From contig CAYZSW010000001.1 of assembly GCA_964481135.1 (NCBI GenBank), positions 7,963-71,962 on the forward strand: DNA of 64,000 bases, in the 5' to 3' direction. Position 1 is the stretch's first letter, and every line of letters starts with the position of its first letter. This DNA comes from an uncultured Candidatus Saccharibacteria bacterium. GTDB taxonomy: Bacteria > Patescibacteriota > UBA1384 > JAMDBS01 > DAOVQR01. The position numbers and the translations under genes are program-made. Shown here piece by piece: positions 18,824 through 29,212 of the stretch. Below the pieces are notes generated by a model that worked only from the letters and a program-made list of their open reading frames with translations, was not told where the DNA came from and made no database searches.

Positions 18824-19225
18824 ATGTCTAAAACAAGTACAATTATTACAGGAGCAGTTATTGCTGTAGTATTGACCGCTGGCGTATCTGCGTATGTAAA
18901 AGCAGAAAACAATAATACACTCGCAAATCGTCAAGAAATAATACAAGAAGCTGTAGATGAAGGAATTATTGATCAAAAGTCAGCTAATAAATTATCAGAA
19001 TACACTCGGGCAAAAAGAAACCAAATGACGAAAGAAAGAATACAAGAAAAAATTAATAACGCATTAGAAAACGGAACAATTACACAAGAAGAAGCACAGC
19101 AAATTATTGATTGGCATAATTCAAAACCAGAAGCTATGAAAAAAATTGGTGGTAGAAAAATGAATAGAGAAAATAGAATGAACAATCATACAACCTGCCC
19201 GTACGAGGAAACAGAACAAAACTAA
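18824..19225 (+). CDS. hypothetical secreted or membrane-anchored coiled-coil protein
   Basis: N-terminal hydrophobic helix then a charged helical region. Confidence 0.45.
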   Translation: MSKTSTIITGAVIAVVLTAGVSAYVKAENNNTLANRQEIIQEAVDEGIIDQKSANKLSEYTRAKRNQMTKERIQEKINNALENGTITQEEAQQIIDWHNSKPEAMKKIGGRKMNRENRMNNHTTCPYEETEQN

Positions 19226-19312
19226 TATACAAAATTTACATGTACTAAAATAAAAAATACGATGTAACACTATATGAAGATAAAGATTGAAAAATTAATT
19301 AACTTACAAAAA

Positions 19313-19345
19313 AACAGCCATTTCCCTCCAATGGCTGTTTTTTAA
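19313..19345 (+). terminator. rho-independent terminator
   Basis: CAGCCATTTCCCTCCAATGGCTG followed by TTTTTT. Confidence 0.7.
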
Positions 19346-19499
19346 TTGATCTATCTTAAACTATTTAAAGTTATCCACTAGCGTTATTAATTATTTGTAT
19401 GATATAATACTAATTGAGGTGAATATTAATTAATAAGTAAGTTAATTATTTCCTATTTTAAAATAGGAAATCCCATAATTATGGGATACGGAGGAAAAA

Positions 19500-19952
19500 A
19501 TGGATTACGATTACACGACTACCTATTCGGGCGATTTAAGTCCAGCAGCAGCATTAGGTATTTTCAGCGCAATTATGATTCCGCTTTTGATAGTTGGACT
19601 TGTGCTGTATATTTATTCTTCGTGGGCACTGATGACAATTGCTAAAAAAACTAATACTCCAAATGCATGGCTTGCATGGATTCCAATTGCAAATTTGTAT
19701 CTTATGACACAAATTGCCCAGGTTCCATGGTGGACATTTTTGTTAGTATTTTTAGCTTGGATTCCTGTCGTAGGTTCATTGGGAATACTTGCTCTAATGA
19801 TTTGGTGGTGGTGGAAAATCTGTGAGAGAAGAAACAGACCTGGTTGGTGGAGTTTATTAATCGGTTTAGTCCCGATTCTAAATTTAGTTATGATTGGATT
19901 ATTGGCATGGACCGAAGCTGAATCTTCTTCAAAACCAGCAAAACAAGCATAA
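19500..19952 (+). CDS. hypothetical Trp-rich integral membrane protein
   Basis: 150 aa, 4 TM helices, WWWWK motif. Preceded by two adjacent palindromes (19448-19487) and a GGAGG RBS. Confidence 0.5.
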   Translation: MDYDYTTTYSGDLSPAAALGIFSAIMIPLLIVGLVLYIYSSWALMTIAKKTNTPNAWLAWIPIANLYLMTQIAQVPWWTFLLVFLAWIPVVGSLGILALMIWWWWKICERRNRPGWWSLLIGLVPILNLVMIGLLAWTEAESSSKPAKQA

Positions 19953-19969
19953 AAATATTATCAATTATA

Positions 19970-20008
19970 AAAAACAATCCTTTGACTCAGGTCAGGATTG
20001 TTTTTTAA
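19970..20008. terminator. bidirectional rho-independent terminator
   Basis: AAAAACAATCCT...AGGATTGTTTTTT between convergent genes. Confidence 0.7.
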
Positions 20009-20049
20009 TATCATTTTTATTTCCTATGTACAACCTAAAAATGAAAATT

Positions 20050-21819
20050 TTAATATTTCAATAACTTAATAAAAACATCGGAAGGAATATCTACTTTCCC
20101 GAGCTTTTTCATTTTCTGCTTACCTTTTGCCTGTTTTTCCCAAAGCTTTCTTTTACGAGTAATATCCCCACCATAAAGATGACCAGTAACATCTTTTTTC
20201 ATAGCAGAAATATCTTCTCTGGCTAAAATTTTTCCTCCAACTGCTGCTTGGACTGTTATCTGAAACATTTGTTTTGGAATTAAATCTTTTAATCTTTTAG
20301 TGATTTCATGTGCTTTTGAATTTAATTCTAATCTATGTACTATTTGAGAAAGAACATCGATTTTTTCACCAGCAATTAGAATATCCATTTTTACTAGGTC
20401 TTCGTAGCGATAGTCTATGAGCTCATAATTCATTGAGGCATATCCACTAGAAATACTTTTGAGTTTATCATAAAAATTAATAATTATTGATGCAAGCGGA
20501 GCCTCGTATTTCAAAATTACTCTATCTGAAATATATTCTGTAGAAATATATTTTGCACGCGATTTTTGGGCTAAATCCATTACAGACCCAATAAATTGCC
20601 CAGGACAAACTATTTCAAGCGCGACCCATGGTTCTTTATAACTCAATTTCCCATCTAAATTTTGAACTATATAATCAACTTGTGGGGTAGTCACAATTAA
20701 ATCTAAATCATATTCTCTTTCTAAACGCTCCTTCACTATCTCCATATGAAGTAAACCCAAAAAACCACATTTAAATCCAAAACCAAACGCTCTAGAGCTT
20801 TCTGGCTCAAAAGATAGGGAAGAATCATTTAATTTTAATTTATTTAATGCTTCGCGAAGCTTATTAATATTTCCTTCCTGAGAATAAAGACTCGCAAAAA
20901 TCATTGGTCTAATTTTTTTATAACCTGGCAGGGGAGAGAGTCCGATTTGATTTTTCAAATCGTTAATTTTCGAATTTCGAATTTCGAATTTCGAATTATC
21001 TACAGTAAGAGTATCTCCAACTTGACACAAAGAAATATTTTTTAATCCTGTCACAACATATCCAATATCCCCTACTTCTAGTTTTTCTTTTTTAGTATAA
21101 TTTGGAGAAAAAATACCAACGTCTAACGCATCGTCTTCGGCGCGGGTTTGCATGAGGCTAATCTTATCTCCAGAATAAATCTGACCATCAACAACTCGAA
21201 TATATGCTATTACCCCCCTATATGAATCATAAACTGAATCAAAAATTAAAGCTCTTGTTGGACTTAAATCTCCTTTTGGAGGCTTAACTCTTTTAATTAC
21301 CGCTTCCAAAATTTGCTCTACACCTTCTCCTGTCTTTGCTGATGTATATAAAATTTGAGATCTGTCAATTTTTAGTAATTCGACAATTTCACTGACAACT
21401 TTTTCTTTGTCTGCCGCCGGAAGATCAATTTTATTTATTACTGGAATAATATCTAAATTTTGTTTTTGAGCATAATAAAGATTTGCAAGAGTTTGTGCTT
21501 GAATTCCTTGGGTTGCATCAATTAACAATATTGCGCCTTCTACAGCAGCAAGAGATCGAGAAACTTCATACGAAAAATCTACATGGCCGGGAGTATCAAT
21601 TAAATTTAACTGGTAGTTATTAAAATTAATTGTAACAGGTTGTAATTTGATTGTTATCCCTCGCTCTCTCTCAAGATCCATTTTATCTAAATACTGTTCT
21701 CGCATATTTCTATCTTCTACTGTTTTTGTAATTTCTAAAAAACGATCAGCGAGCGTTGATTTGCCGTGATCTACATGAGCAATAATGCAAAAATTGCGAA
21801 TATTTTCTTTTGTTACCAT
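20050..21819 (-). CDS. lepA: elongation factor 4 (LepA)
   Basis: IIAHVDHGKSTL G1 motif, DTPGH, NKID, and a LepA-specific C-terminal domain. The likely start is MVTKENIRNF, the second Met of the ORF. A 15-aa extra segment NSKFEIRNSKINDLK is encoded by a 7-nt tandem repeat. Confidence 0.9.
   Translation of the reverse strand: MVTKENIRNFCIIAHVDHGKSTLADRFLEITKTVEDRNMREQYLDKMDLERERGITIKLQPVTINFNNYQLNLIDTPGHVDFSYEVSRSLAAVEGAILLIDATQGIQAQTLANLYYAQKQNLDIIPVINKIDLPAADKEKVVSEIVELLKIDRSQILYTSAKTGEGVEQILEAVIKRVKPPKGDLSPTRALIFDSVYDSYRGVIAYIRVVDGQIYSGDKISLMQTRAEDDALDVGIFSPNYTKKEKLEVGDIGYVVTGLKNISLCQVGDTLTVDNSKFEIRNSKINDLKNQIGLSPLPGYKKIRPMIFASLYSQEGNINKLREALNKLKLNDSSLSFEPESSRAFGFGFKCGFLGLLHMEIVKERLEREYDLDLIVTTPQVDYIVQNLDGKLSYKEPWVALEIVCPGQFIGSVMDLAQKSRAKYISTEYISDRVILKYEAPLASIIINFYDKLKSISSGYASMNYELIDYRYEDLVKMDILIAGEKIDVLSQIVHRLELNSKAHEITKRLKDLIPKQMFQITVQAAVGGKILAREDISAMKKDVTGHLYGGDITRKRKLWEKQAKGKQKMKKLGKVDIPSDVFIKLLKY
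20968..20995. repeat. 4x tandem heptanucleotide repeat (TTTCGAA) in frame inside lepA
   Basis: TTTCGAATTTCGAATTTCGAATTTCGAA read directly. The same heptamer is repeated at 1545-1580. Confidence 0.85.
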
Positions 21820-21914
21820 ATTTGTTCCTATTTTATGTGATTTTAACACAAATAATAAATCATTTCCAGGTTGAAAGCTTAAAAAGATAATCGATTTAAG
21901 CTATAATATAATAA

Positions 21915-22982
21915 ATGAATAAACAAGAACAACAAAAACCAATAGACCAAACTTGGGGTGATGATAGTTTTGATCAAAATAAAACTATAGACACCCAGAC
22001 ACAAATTCCCATATCAACAAAACCGCAAAAAAAACAAAAAAGCGAACAAATTGTCGATATGTATAAAAATGACAAACCAGAAAATGAAAACAAAACAACT
22101 CTACCTCCAGAAGATCAACTAGATAAGCCCAAGAAAAAATCGATTTTTTTTCAGATACTAAAAGCAATTGGTATCTTTGTCGGGGTGTTTATTTTTGTAT
22201 ATCTGTTTTTAACCTTTCCTGCTCAATATGCAAAAATTAAATACTGGGTAGATAATTTAGGAAAAAAAGAAGAAGTTACAACAATTGAAGTCCCTCAGGT
22301 AATAGACGATTCTTCAGATTTATTTTTATCTACAATAAAAACTGCGTTAGAAAGTGAAAAACCAGACATACCACAAACACAAAGCTCTGTATCTCAAAGA
22401 CATTCCCTTGATTTATCAGATCTAAAAAATAATCATTTACTTATTCCAAAACTAAATATAAATGTTCCGATAATTTGGAATTCGCCACCAGATGAAGACA
22501 TTATGATGAAAAATTTGCAGAATGGTGTAGTACATTACAATGGAACAGGACTCCCAAACGAAACAACTGGAAATGTTTTTATATCTGGACACAGTTCTTA
22601 CTGGTGGTGGGACAAAGGAAAATATAAAACTGTATTTGCAAATTTAAATAAACTTGAAAATGATGATGAGTTTGCTATTGCTTATGAAGAAAAGGTATAT
22701 ATTTATAAAGTTTATGAAAAATTTGAAGTTAAACCTGAAGAAGTTGGAGTTTTGGATTCAGTGGGAAAACCAATAGTGAGCTTAATGACATGTGTACCAG
22801 TTGGTACTAATCTAAGGAGATTAATAGTTCGAGCCGAAAGAATAGTCAGTGGTGCAAACCAAGACCAAACCAAGCAACAAGAACCAGAAATCAAAGACGA
22901 CACTGAGCCATCGCCACTACCCACAAAATTACCCGAGTTAAATCCAATAAATATAATTAATTTACTACCCTGGAGAAGATAA
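21915..22982 (+). CDS. sortase-family transpeptidase
   Basis: N-terminal TM anchor. Sortase fold signatures: LLIPKLNINVPI, GNVFISGHSS (His), LENDDEFAIAYEEKVYIYKV, LMTCVP (Cys) and RRLIVRA (Arg). Confidence 0.75.
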   Translation: MNKQEQQKPIDQTWGDDSFDQNKTIDTQTQIPISTKPQKKQKSEQIVDMYKNDKPENENKTTLPPEDQLDKPKKKSIFFQILKAIGIFVGVFIFVYLFLTFPAQYAKIKYWVDNLGKKEEVTTIEVPQVIDDSSDLFLSTIKTALESEKPDIPQTQSSVSQRHSLDLSDLKNNHLLIPKLNINVPIIWNSPPDEDIMMKNLQNGVVHYNGTGLPNETTGNVFISGHSSYWWWDKGKYKTVFANLNKLENDDEFAIAYEEKVYIYKVYEKFEVKPEEVGVLDSVGKPIVSLMTCVPVGTNLRRLIVRAERIVSGANQDQTKQQEPEIKDDTEPSPLPTKLPELNPINIINLLPWRR

Positions 22983-23084
22983 TCAACTTCTTGAAAAATA
23001 AAATTTATTCGATAATTTTTCTTTGGCTAAATTTATTTTTACAATATTTCAGAATCTAAAAACAATATAAATAAGGATAAAACC

Positions 23085-23903
23085 GTGAATCAATTACTAA
23101 ACAATCAAAAAGAAAAATATCCACAAGATTCTAAGTATCAAAATGAATCTCAAAATAATTTTATTTTACAAATTGAAAAAAATATTGAAGATGGAAATTT
23201 GAATGAAATAAAAAAAATTATTGATGATTTTAAAAAAGAGAAAAAAAATTTAGATTTTAAAAAAATATTTTTGGATTTTTTTGTAAAACATATAAAACAA
23301 CAATCCCATCAAACAATTGACCAATTAAAAAATATTTCTAATATTGTTAATGAAATAAAAATTGATGTTGATTTAAAACCTTTTTATATAAGTGCTTTGT
23401 TAGTAAATATTGGTTCAGCTTCTACGGGGACAATCATTAGTATTATCGCACTTGCCAAAGAAAATAATCTAGACGATATTTTAAATTCAGATATTATCAA
23501 AAAAGCTTTTATGGAAAAAATATCTTGGATGCTAAAGGACAATCAAACCAATAAAGCCGAAGAATTAATAGACATTATTATAAAATATAACATTTTAAAT
23601 AAAAAAGAGATCCAAACATCATTTTACACGGGAATATCTAAAGCGCTCGCAAATAATAATTTAAAAAAGATTGCAGATGTATTAAACTTAACAAAATTAA
23701 ACGATTTAGAACTATATGATTTTTTTACAAGTCAAGAATTTAAAAACGAAATGCAAAATAATAGTTTTTTAAATAATTTTTTAATAATTAATGAAAAAAA
23801 TGATATTCGTACACTTCAGGGTTTAATTAATTTTATTAATAAAGCAGAAATTAAAAATGAACTAGGAAAATGCTTTAACGAAAAAAGGCAAATAAATTTT
23901 TAG
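23085..23903 (+). CDS. hypothetical N/K-rich protein
   Basis: 272-aa low-complexity ORF with no recognisable domain. Confidence 0.4.
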   Translation: MNQLLNNQKEKYPQDSKYQNESQNNFILQIEKNIEDGNLNEIKKIIDDFKKEKKNLDFKKIFLDFFVKHIKQQSHQTIDQLKNISNIVNEIKIDVDLKPFYISALLVNIGSASTGTIISIIALAKENNLDDILNSDIIKKAFMEKISWMLKDNQTNKAEELIDIIIKYNILNKKEIQTSFYTGISKALANNNLKKIADVLNLTKLNDLELYDFFTSQEFKNEMQNNSFLNNFLIINEKNDIRTLQGLINFINKAEIKNELGKCFNEKRQINF

Positions 23904-25531
23904 TGCTCATTGAAACCAGAAATATTATCATCTGGTTTATTTTTTGATGAAGATAATTTAAAACGAGTTAAAATAATTTTTTTAATTTCACTAAATTCCT
24001 CACATCTTAACAGCCAAGTCAATACAAAATAAACCAATGAACCCAAAAGCGAACTTATTAAAAGTTGCGAAAAAACTCCCCACCCGCGAGTCATATCAAT
24101 ATATGGTTCAATGTTTATTTTAGTAATTTGAATAACAAACGCCATAATTAAACTAGATAATAATACTTTTAAAAAAAATATTGTTCCTGAGTATTCAAAA
24201 CTTGTTAATATTTTTACTTGCTTTCTTAAAAATAAATACAAAAGTATTGCATTAACAAAGCTTCCTACAGAAAAAGAAATTGCAAGACCCAAAACTCCCC
24301 ATTTAGCAATCAAAAAATAGGCAGTTAAAATACTTATAATAATTGAAACAATACTAATTATTGTAGGTGTCTTAGTGTTATGTAGCGCGTAAAAAGATCT
24401 GGCAAAGAGTGGGATCATGCCTTGCACCACAAGAGAAATTGCAAAAAAACCAAGTGTGTTAGCAGTAGTTATGGTTTGCTCCCATCCAAAATAACCTGAT
24501 CCTAAAATTACTCTTACTATTTGGGCTCTTAATAAAATAATTAATACTGAAATTGGTATTAAAATATAAATTATAGTTCTAATACCTCGCCAGACATAAC
24601 TAGAAAAATCTGAAAACTTTTTAAGAGAAATTTGTTCTGATAAAGTTGGAAAAATTGCCGTAGCTATTGAAGTTGCAAAAACAACAGTTGGCATTGTCTG
24701 AATATTATCTGCTAAATTAAAAACTGCAACTGCGCCAGAGGAAACAGTTGAAGCTAGTGCAGTATAAATCATAAGCATTATTTGCATTGATCCTAGCCCA
24801 ACAGCTCTTGGCAACATCAGTAGACCAATTTTTCTTACAGCTTTATTATGCCAATCAAACAAAAAACAATATCTGTAACCTAATTTTAAAACAACTGGGA
24901 GTTGGATTATCATATGAAAAAATGCTCCGCAAATCACACCAATAGCAACACCATAAACACTAAAACGAGAGGTTAGAAATAAGGTAGCAAGAATAATTGA
25001 AAGGTTATAAATTAATGGCGCTAAAGAATAAACAAGAAATCTTTTAAATGAATTTAATATTCCGCCGAAAATATAAGAGATACTAAAAAAAATTGGTGAA
25101 ATTAAAAACATCCTTGCTAAATTAACAGTCATTTGCTGTTTTTCTAAATTAAAGTCAGGAACTAATTTCGAAATAGCCCAAGGCATAATAAAAAACAAGA
25201 TTATTAAAAAAACAATTAATAGTGTTAAGATTATATTTAAAAATGAATTAGTAACCTTCCAGGCCTCTTGAAGTTTATTTTTACTTATAAAGCCAGTAAA
25301 TACTGGAATAAAAGCAGCAGAAATTGCACCTAATACTAAAATATTAAAAACTAAATCAGGAATTCTAAAGGCCGCATAATAAGTATCTAATAAATCAGTT
25401 GGTATTCTTTGAGCTAAAAAACGATCTCTTAATAGACCTAAAAAATTTGAAGCAATTAGTGTTATTACCAAAATAAAAGTTGCAGACTTAACAGTATTTT
25501 GAGAATTAATGATTTTCTTTATTTTTTCCAT
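23900..25531 (-). CDS. murJ: lipid II flippase MurJ (MviN family)
   Basis: 543 aa, 14 TM helices. N-terminal LRDRFLAQRIP...YYAAFRIPDLVFN is characteristic of MurJ. Confidence 0.85.
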   Translation of the reverse strand: MEKIKKIINSQNTVKSATFILVITLIASNFLGLLRDRFLAQRIPTDLLDTYYAAFRIPDLVFNILVLGAISAAFIPVFTGFISKNKLQEAWKVTNSFLNIILTLLIVFLIILFFIMPWAISKLVPDFNLEKQQMTVNLARMFLISPIFFSISYIFGGILNSFKRFLVYSLAPLIYNLSIILATLFLTSRFSVYGVAIGVICGAFFHMIIQLPVVLKLGYRYCFLFDWHNKAVRKIGLLMLPRAVGLGSMQIMLMIYTALASTVSSGAVAVFNLADNIQTMPTVVFATSIATAIFPTLSEQISLKKFSDFSSYVWRGIRTIIYILIPISVLIILLRAQIVRVILGSGYFGWEQTITTANTLGFFAISLVVQGMIPLFARSFYALHNTKTPTIISIVSIIISILTAYFLIAKWGVLGLAISFSVGSFVNAILLYLFLRKQVKILTSFEYSGTIFFLKVLLSSLIMAFVIQITKINIEPYIDMTRGWGVFSQLLISSLLGSLVYFVLTWLLRCEEFSEIKKIILTRFKLSSSKNKPDDNISGFNEH

Positions 25532-25579
25532 AAAAAACTTTAGTTTTTGTTTTTAGAATGTTATTTGAAAATATAGTTT

Positions 25580-26311
25580 TTATTTTTTATTAAAAGAATT
25601 AACAGTTTTTTCCACTAAAGGTGAAAAATTATTTACAAATTTGTTAGGAATACGAGTTACAAATTGATAAAACTCATTTCCAGCATAAATATAATAATCT
25701 TTGCCCGAAATTAAGTCATATTCATCATAATCTTCTACAACAGTCCACTTGCCGTCGATTGCAGAACTCTTAGTGACATTTTTTAATTTATAATTTTTCG
25801 AAAGTTGTTCATGACTTACAAAATCATTGACTTTAGATTTAATGTAATCTAACCAATCATCTAAAGATTTAATTACAGAACTATCTTCTAAAACAAATCT
25901 AAGCAGTTTAATACTTGTAGTTGCTGTATTAGGATCGTCTTTGTTGATTTCAGAATTATTGATATAAAAAAATCCAATATTTTCACGCATGAGCGGTTCT
26001 GTAACTTTTTTTTCTCCTCCAAGATCTACTTGCTGCCAACTTGCGGGATATTGCATGCTGATATTATGATCTTTGTTGTAAAAATCTTTCATATCTGACA
26101 AATCATCGCTACTAGCAATTTCAGCAGGATCAATATTATCAATAGTTGCCTCAATAATATCTTTTTGCTCTTGTGAGCTAATTTCTGAAAATTTGTCAAT
26201 ATTATTTACGCTTTTGTTTTTATTTTGGTTAAAATAATAAAAACCTAGACCAGCCAAAACAATTACTAATACAACAATTAAAATATAAATTTGTTTTTTT
26301 TCGTTCGACAT
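25580..26311 (-). CDS. hypothetical membrane-anchored protein
   Basis: Single N-terminal TM helix and a 200-aa extracytoplasmic domain. Confidence 0.45.
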   Translation of the reverse strand: MSNEKKQIYILIVVLVIVLAGLGFYYFNQNKNKSVNNIDKFSEISSQEQKDIIEATIDNIDPAEIASSDDLSDMKDFYNKDHNISMQYPASWQQVDLGGEKKVTEPLMRENIGFFYINNSEINKDDPNTATTSIKLLRFVLEDSSVIKSLDDWLDYIKSKVNDFVSHEQLSKNYKLKNVTKSSAIDGKWTVVEDYDEYDLISGKDYYIYAGNEFYQFVTRIPNKFVNNFSPLVEKTVNSFNKK

Positions 26312-26322
26312 TATTCCTCCGC

Positions 26323-27663
26323 TTAAAAATTACTTAATTTTTTTATTGCTAAATTAATTCGTTTAATTGATTCTTCTTTTCCTAAAACCCAAAGTAATTC
26401 TTTGGGTGAAGGACTTTTTTCTAAACCAGAAAGTGCTACCCTTACCGGCCAAAAGACATCTCCATTGGATAGTTTTTCATGATTTACAACATCTATCAAA
26501 TTTTTATTAATACTTTCAATTTTTTTCCATTTTGAATTATCAATTTTATCTAAAGTTTCAAGTGTTGATTTTAGACCACGCAATGTAAGATTTCTATTTG
26601 ATTTTTTAAATATTAGCATGTTTGTTTTATATTTATCAAGACAATAAAAATAGCTAGTTGTAGCAAAAAAATCCTGCAAATTATTAGCACGACTTTTCGT
26701 AACTGAAATAATTTTTAATGTAAAAGATTTATTTTTTTTAATTTTTAAAAATGCATTTTTATCTTTATAATCAATTTTTTCATTTATTAACAAATCGTAA
26801 ATTTTTTTGTCTTGAAGTTGACGCAAATAATAATTATTGAACCAATTCAATTTTTCTACATCAAATATTGCTCCTGATCTATTTATTTTTGTCAAACTAA
26901 ATTCTTTTATTAACTCCTGGAGTGAAAAAATTTCTTTTTCAGTTTTTGAATTCCAACCTAAAAAAGCCATATAATTTAACATTGCTTCTGGTAGATAACC
27001 TTTTGAACGAAAATCATTACTAATAGAAACTGGGTTTTTGCGCTTACTCATTTTTGTTTTATCTTGATTCAAAATTAAGGGTATATGAGCGAATTTTGGC
27101 ATTCTAAACCCCAATAGTTTATACAACATAATTTGCTGAGGAGTACTATTTATATGGTCATCTCCTCTAATTATATGAGTTAGACCCATTTCATAATCAT
27201 CTACCACGGCAGCAAACATATAAAGAGGTACCCCATCAGATTTAATAATTACAAAATCATTAAAATTATCTCTCTTAAATGTTAGTTCGCCCATTATTAA
27301 ATCATTATATTTAATAATTGTTTGTGGATAGGAATTGATTTTAAACCATACAGCACCATCTTTTATGTAAGCATTTTTGTTTTGTATAAGTTTTTTGGCA
27401 TAGTTTGAATATATATTTTTTCTTTGACTTTGATAAAAAATTTTCCCGTCGTGTTTGATGCCAAGCCATTTCATTCCTTCAATGATATCTATCTCGTATT
27501 CCTTTTTAGATCTTTTTAAATCAGTATCTTCTATTCTTAGAATAAATTTACCTTGGTTTTTCTTTGCAAATAAATAATTAAAAAGAGCGGTACGCGCTGT
27601 ACCAATATGTAAAAAACCTGTCGGAGAAGGTGCTACCCGAGTTACAATTGTGTTTTTTTTCAT
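26323..27663 (-). CDS. gltX: glutamate--tRNA ligase
   Basis: Class I HIGH (HIGT) and KMSKR (KMSKRK) motifs; RVAPSPTGFLHIGTARTALFN N-terminus. Confidence 0.9.
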   Translation of the reverse strand: MKKNTIVTRVAPSPTGFLHIGTARTALFNYLFAKKNQGKFILRIEDTDLKRSKKEYEIDIIEGMKWLGIKHDGKIFYQSQRKNIYSNYAKKLIQNKNAYIKDGAVWFKINSYPQTIIKYNDLIMGELTFKRDNFNDFVIIKSDGVPLYMFAAVVDDYEMGLTHIIRGDDHINSTPQQIMLYKLLGFRMPKFAHIPLILNQDKTKMSKRKNPVSISNDFRSKGYLPEAMLNYMAFLGWNSKTEKEIFSLQELIKEFSLTKINRSGAIFDVEKLNWFNNYYLRQLQDKKIYDLLINEKIDYKDKNAFLKIKKNKSFTLKIISVTKSRANNLQDFFATTSYFYCLDKYKTNMLIFKKSNRNLTLRGLKSTLETLDKIDNSKWKKIESINKNLIDVVNHEKLSNGDVFWPVRVALSGLEKSPSPKELLWVLGKEESIKRINLAIKKLSNF

Positions 27664-27774
27664 ATGCTTATTGTAGCTTAATAAAACATGTTTGACAAAT
27701 CCTTTGCTCTAAAAAAAAGAGAAATTACACAACAACACATTCGTTAAATATAAATGGGTTATTTTGTAAGCTAT

Positions 27775-28137
27775 TTATGGATTTGGCAAATTGTCACTAC
27801 CGGTTGGGGTTACTGCAGGGCTTGCTACTGGACTAGTTGTTGTCTGTGCAGGAGTAGTTGGGGTTGCAACTGCTGTTGGAGAAGTAGTTGCCCTCTGAGT
27901 TGCGGTTGGAGTAACTTGGATATTAATTTCTTCTTGGACAAAAACAAAAGAAGAAGCGTAAAAATAACCACCAAAAGCGCCAAGTGCCAAACATACTACG
28001 GCGATTACTACAACCCAAACTGCCGGTAGACCAGCTTTTGTCTCTTGAGGTGCTTGTGAGGGTTGAGGCATTTGATTATTTGACATTTGTTGATTTTGCA
28101 TACCCTGACCCTGATCGGGCATCATTTGATCTTGCAT
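27775..28137 (-). CDS. hypothetical single-pass membrane protein with a Q-rich N-terminus and a Pro/Thr/Ala-rich C-terminal tail
   Basis: GC-richer low-complexity coding region. The opposite-strand ORF 27754..28029 is Cys/Trp-rich and judged spurious. Confidence 0.4.
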   Translation of the reverse strand: MQDQMMPDQGQGMQNQQMSNNQMPQPSQAPQETKAGLPAVWVVVIAVVCLALGAFGGYFYASSFVFVQEEINIQVTPTATQRATTSPTAVATPTTPAQTTTSPVASPAVTPTGSDNLPNP

Positions 28138-28317
28138 TTTCCTCCTAATTTTTCTGTGGTTATTTGTATAACAAAAATTTTTGTTATTAAAAAAACCACA
28201 GGGTTTATAAAATATTTTTATATCTTGTTATAGTTGATATTAATTAAAATAATCAATATTTTTTTTATTATATCACAATAATAAACAAAAATGTATTTAA
28301 AAAAATAATAAAACCAA

Positions 28318-28677
28318 TTATTTACCCTCAACTGCATTAACTAAATGATTAATTTTGAAATTATTATCAACAATATTAATTGCAATTACATCTATTCTAA
28401 TTGATTTATTTGGGTATTTTTGTTGTATAATTTGAGACAATAATCGAAGTTTTTTTTGTTTAAAAAAATCTACCATTTCTTCTGCACTACCTTGCGTAAA
28501 CTGTTTTTTTGTTTTAACCTCTATTAAAACAATATAATCGCCATCACTAGCGATTATATCAATTTCTCCAAATTTTAACTCGACATTTCTATCTAAAATT
28601 TTATAATTTTTTTTAATAAGATAACTAACCGCGATATCCTCCCCACTACTCCCCAGTTTTTTTCTCTGATGAATCAT
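28318..28677 (-). CDS. yraN: YraN-family (UPF0102) endonuclease
   Basis: GEDIAVSYL...GEIDIIA...VLIEVKTK motif pattern. Confidence 0.75.
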   Translation of the reverse strand: MIHQRKKLGSSGEDIAVSYLIKKNYKILDRNVELKFGEIDIIASDGDYIVLIEVKTKKQFTQGSAEEMVDFFKQKKLRLLSQIIQQKYPNKSIRIDVIAINIVDNNFKINHLVNAVEGK

Positions 28678-29209
28678 TTTCCTTCTTATTAAGATTAGTA
28701 TCTTTTTTTGATTCCTCTTTCCCTCTTACAGATTCGAATTTTTTCTCTAGTTCTTCCTGTTTCTTTATTTTTTCCTCTTCTTTAGCTTTTGCTTCTGCTT
28801 CTTTTCGTGCTTTTTCTTTTTCCTCTTCTTCTTTGCCTTTTGCCTCTTCCCAAACAATAAATTCTTTAAACTCACCTTTTCTTTTAATCTGTTTATCTGT
28901 CAATTCTCTTAAATAATATAATTTTGATTTTTGAACATTTATTCTTTTTGTTTTTTCAATTTTTACAATCAATGGAGAGTGTAAAGCAAAAGTAATTTCA
29001 ACTCCTACTCCGAAAGATTTTCTTCTAACTGTAAATGTAGCATCTAACGATTTGCCGCCCGATTTTTTAATAACTATTCCATCAAAAATTTGAATTCTGG
29101 ATTTATTACCTTCTTTAATTTTTTGATGAACTCTAATAACATCTCCTGTCATAAGGTCAGGAATATTTTTCTTAAGATATTTTTTTTGTGTTTGCTTAAT
29201 TAATTGCAT
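28646..29209 (-). CDS. rplS: 50S ribosomal protein L19 with a K/E-rich C-terminal extension
   Basis: GDVIRVHQKIKEGNKSRIQIFDGIVIK...SFGVGVEITF core; 187 aa. Confidence 0.85.
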   Translation of the reverse strand: MQLIKQTQKKYLKKNIPDLMTGDVIRVHQKIKEGNKSRIQIFDGIVIKKSGGKSLDATFTVRRKSFGVGVEITFALHSPLIVKIEKTKRINVQKSKLYYLRELTDKQIKRKGEFKEFIVWEEAKGKEEEEKEKARKEAEAKAKEEEKIKKQEELEKKFESVRGKEESKKDTNLNKKENDSSEKKTGE

Positions 29210-29212
29210 AGT

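Noticed and set aside
27754-28029. Plus-strand Cys/Trp-rich ORF opposite the 27775..28137 gene
   Set aside because: It mirrors a GC-rich low-complexity tract. The minus-strand frame carries a plausible TM helix and a Pro/Thr tail; only one strand can be coding.
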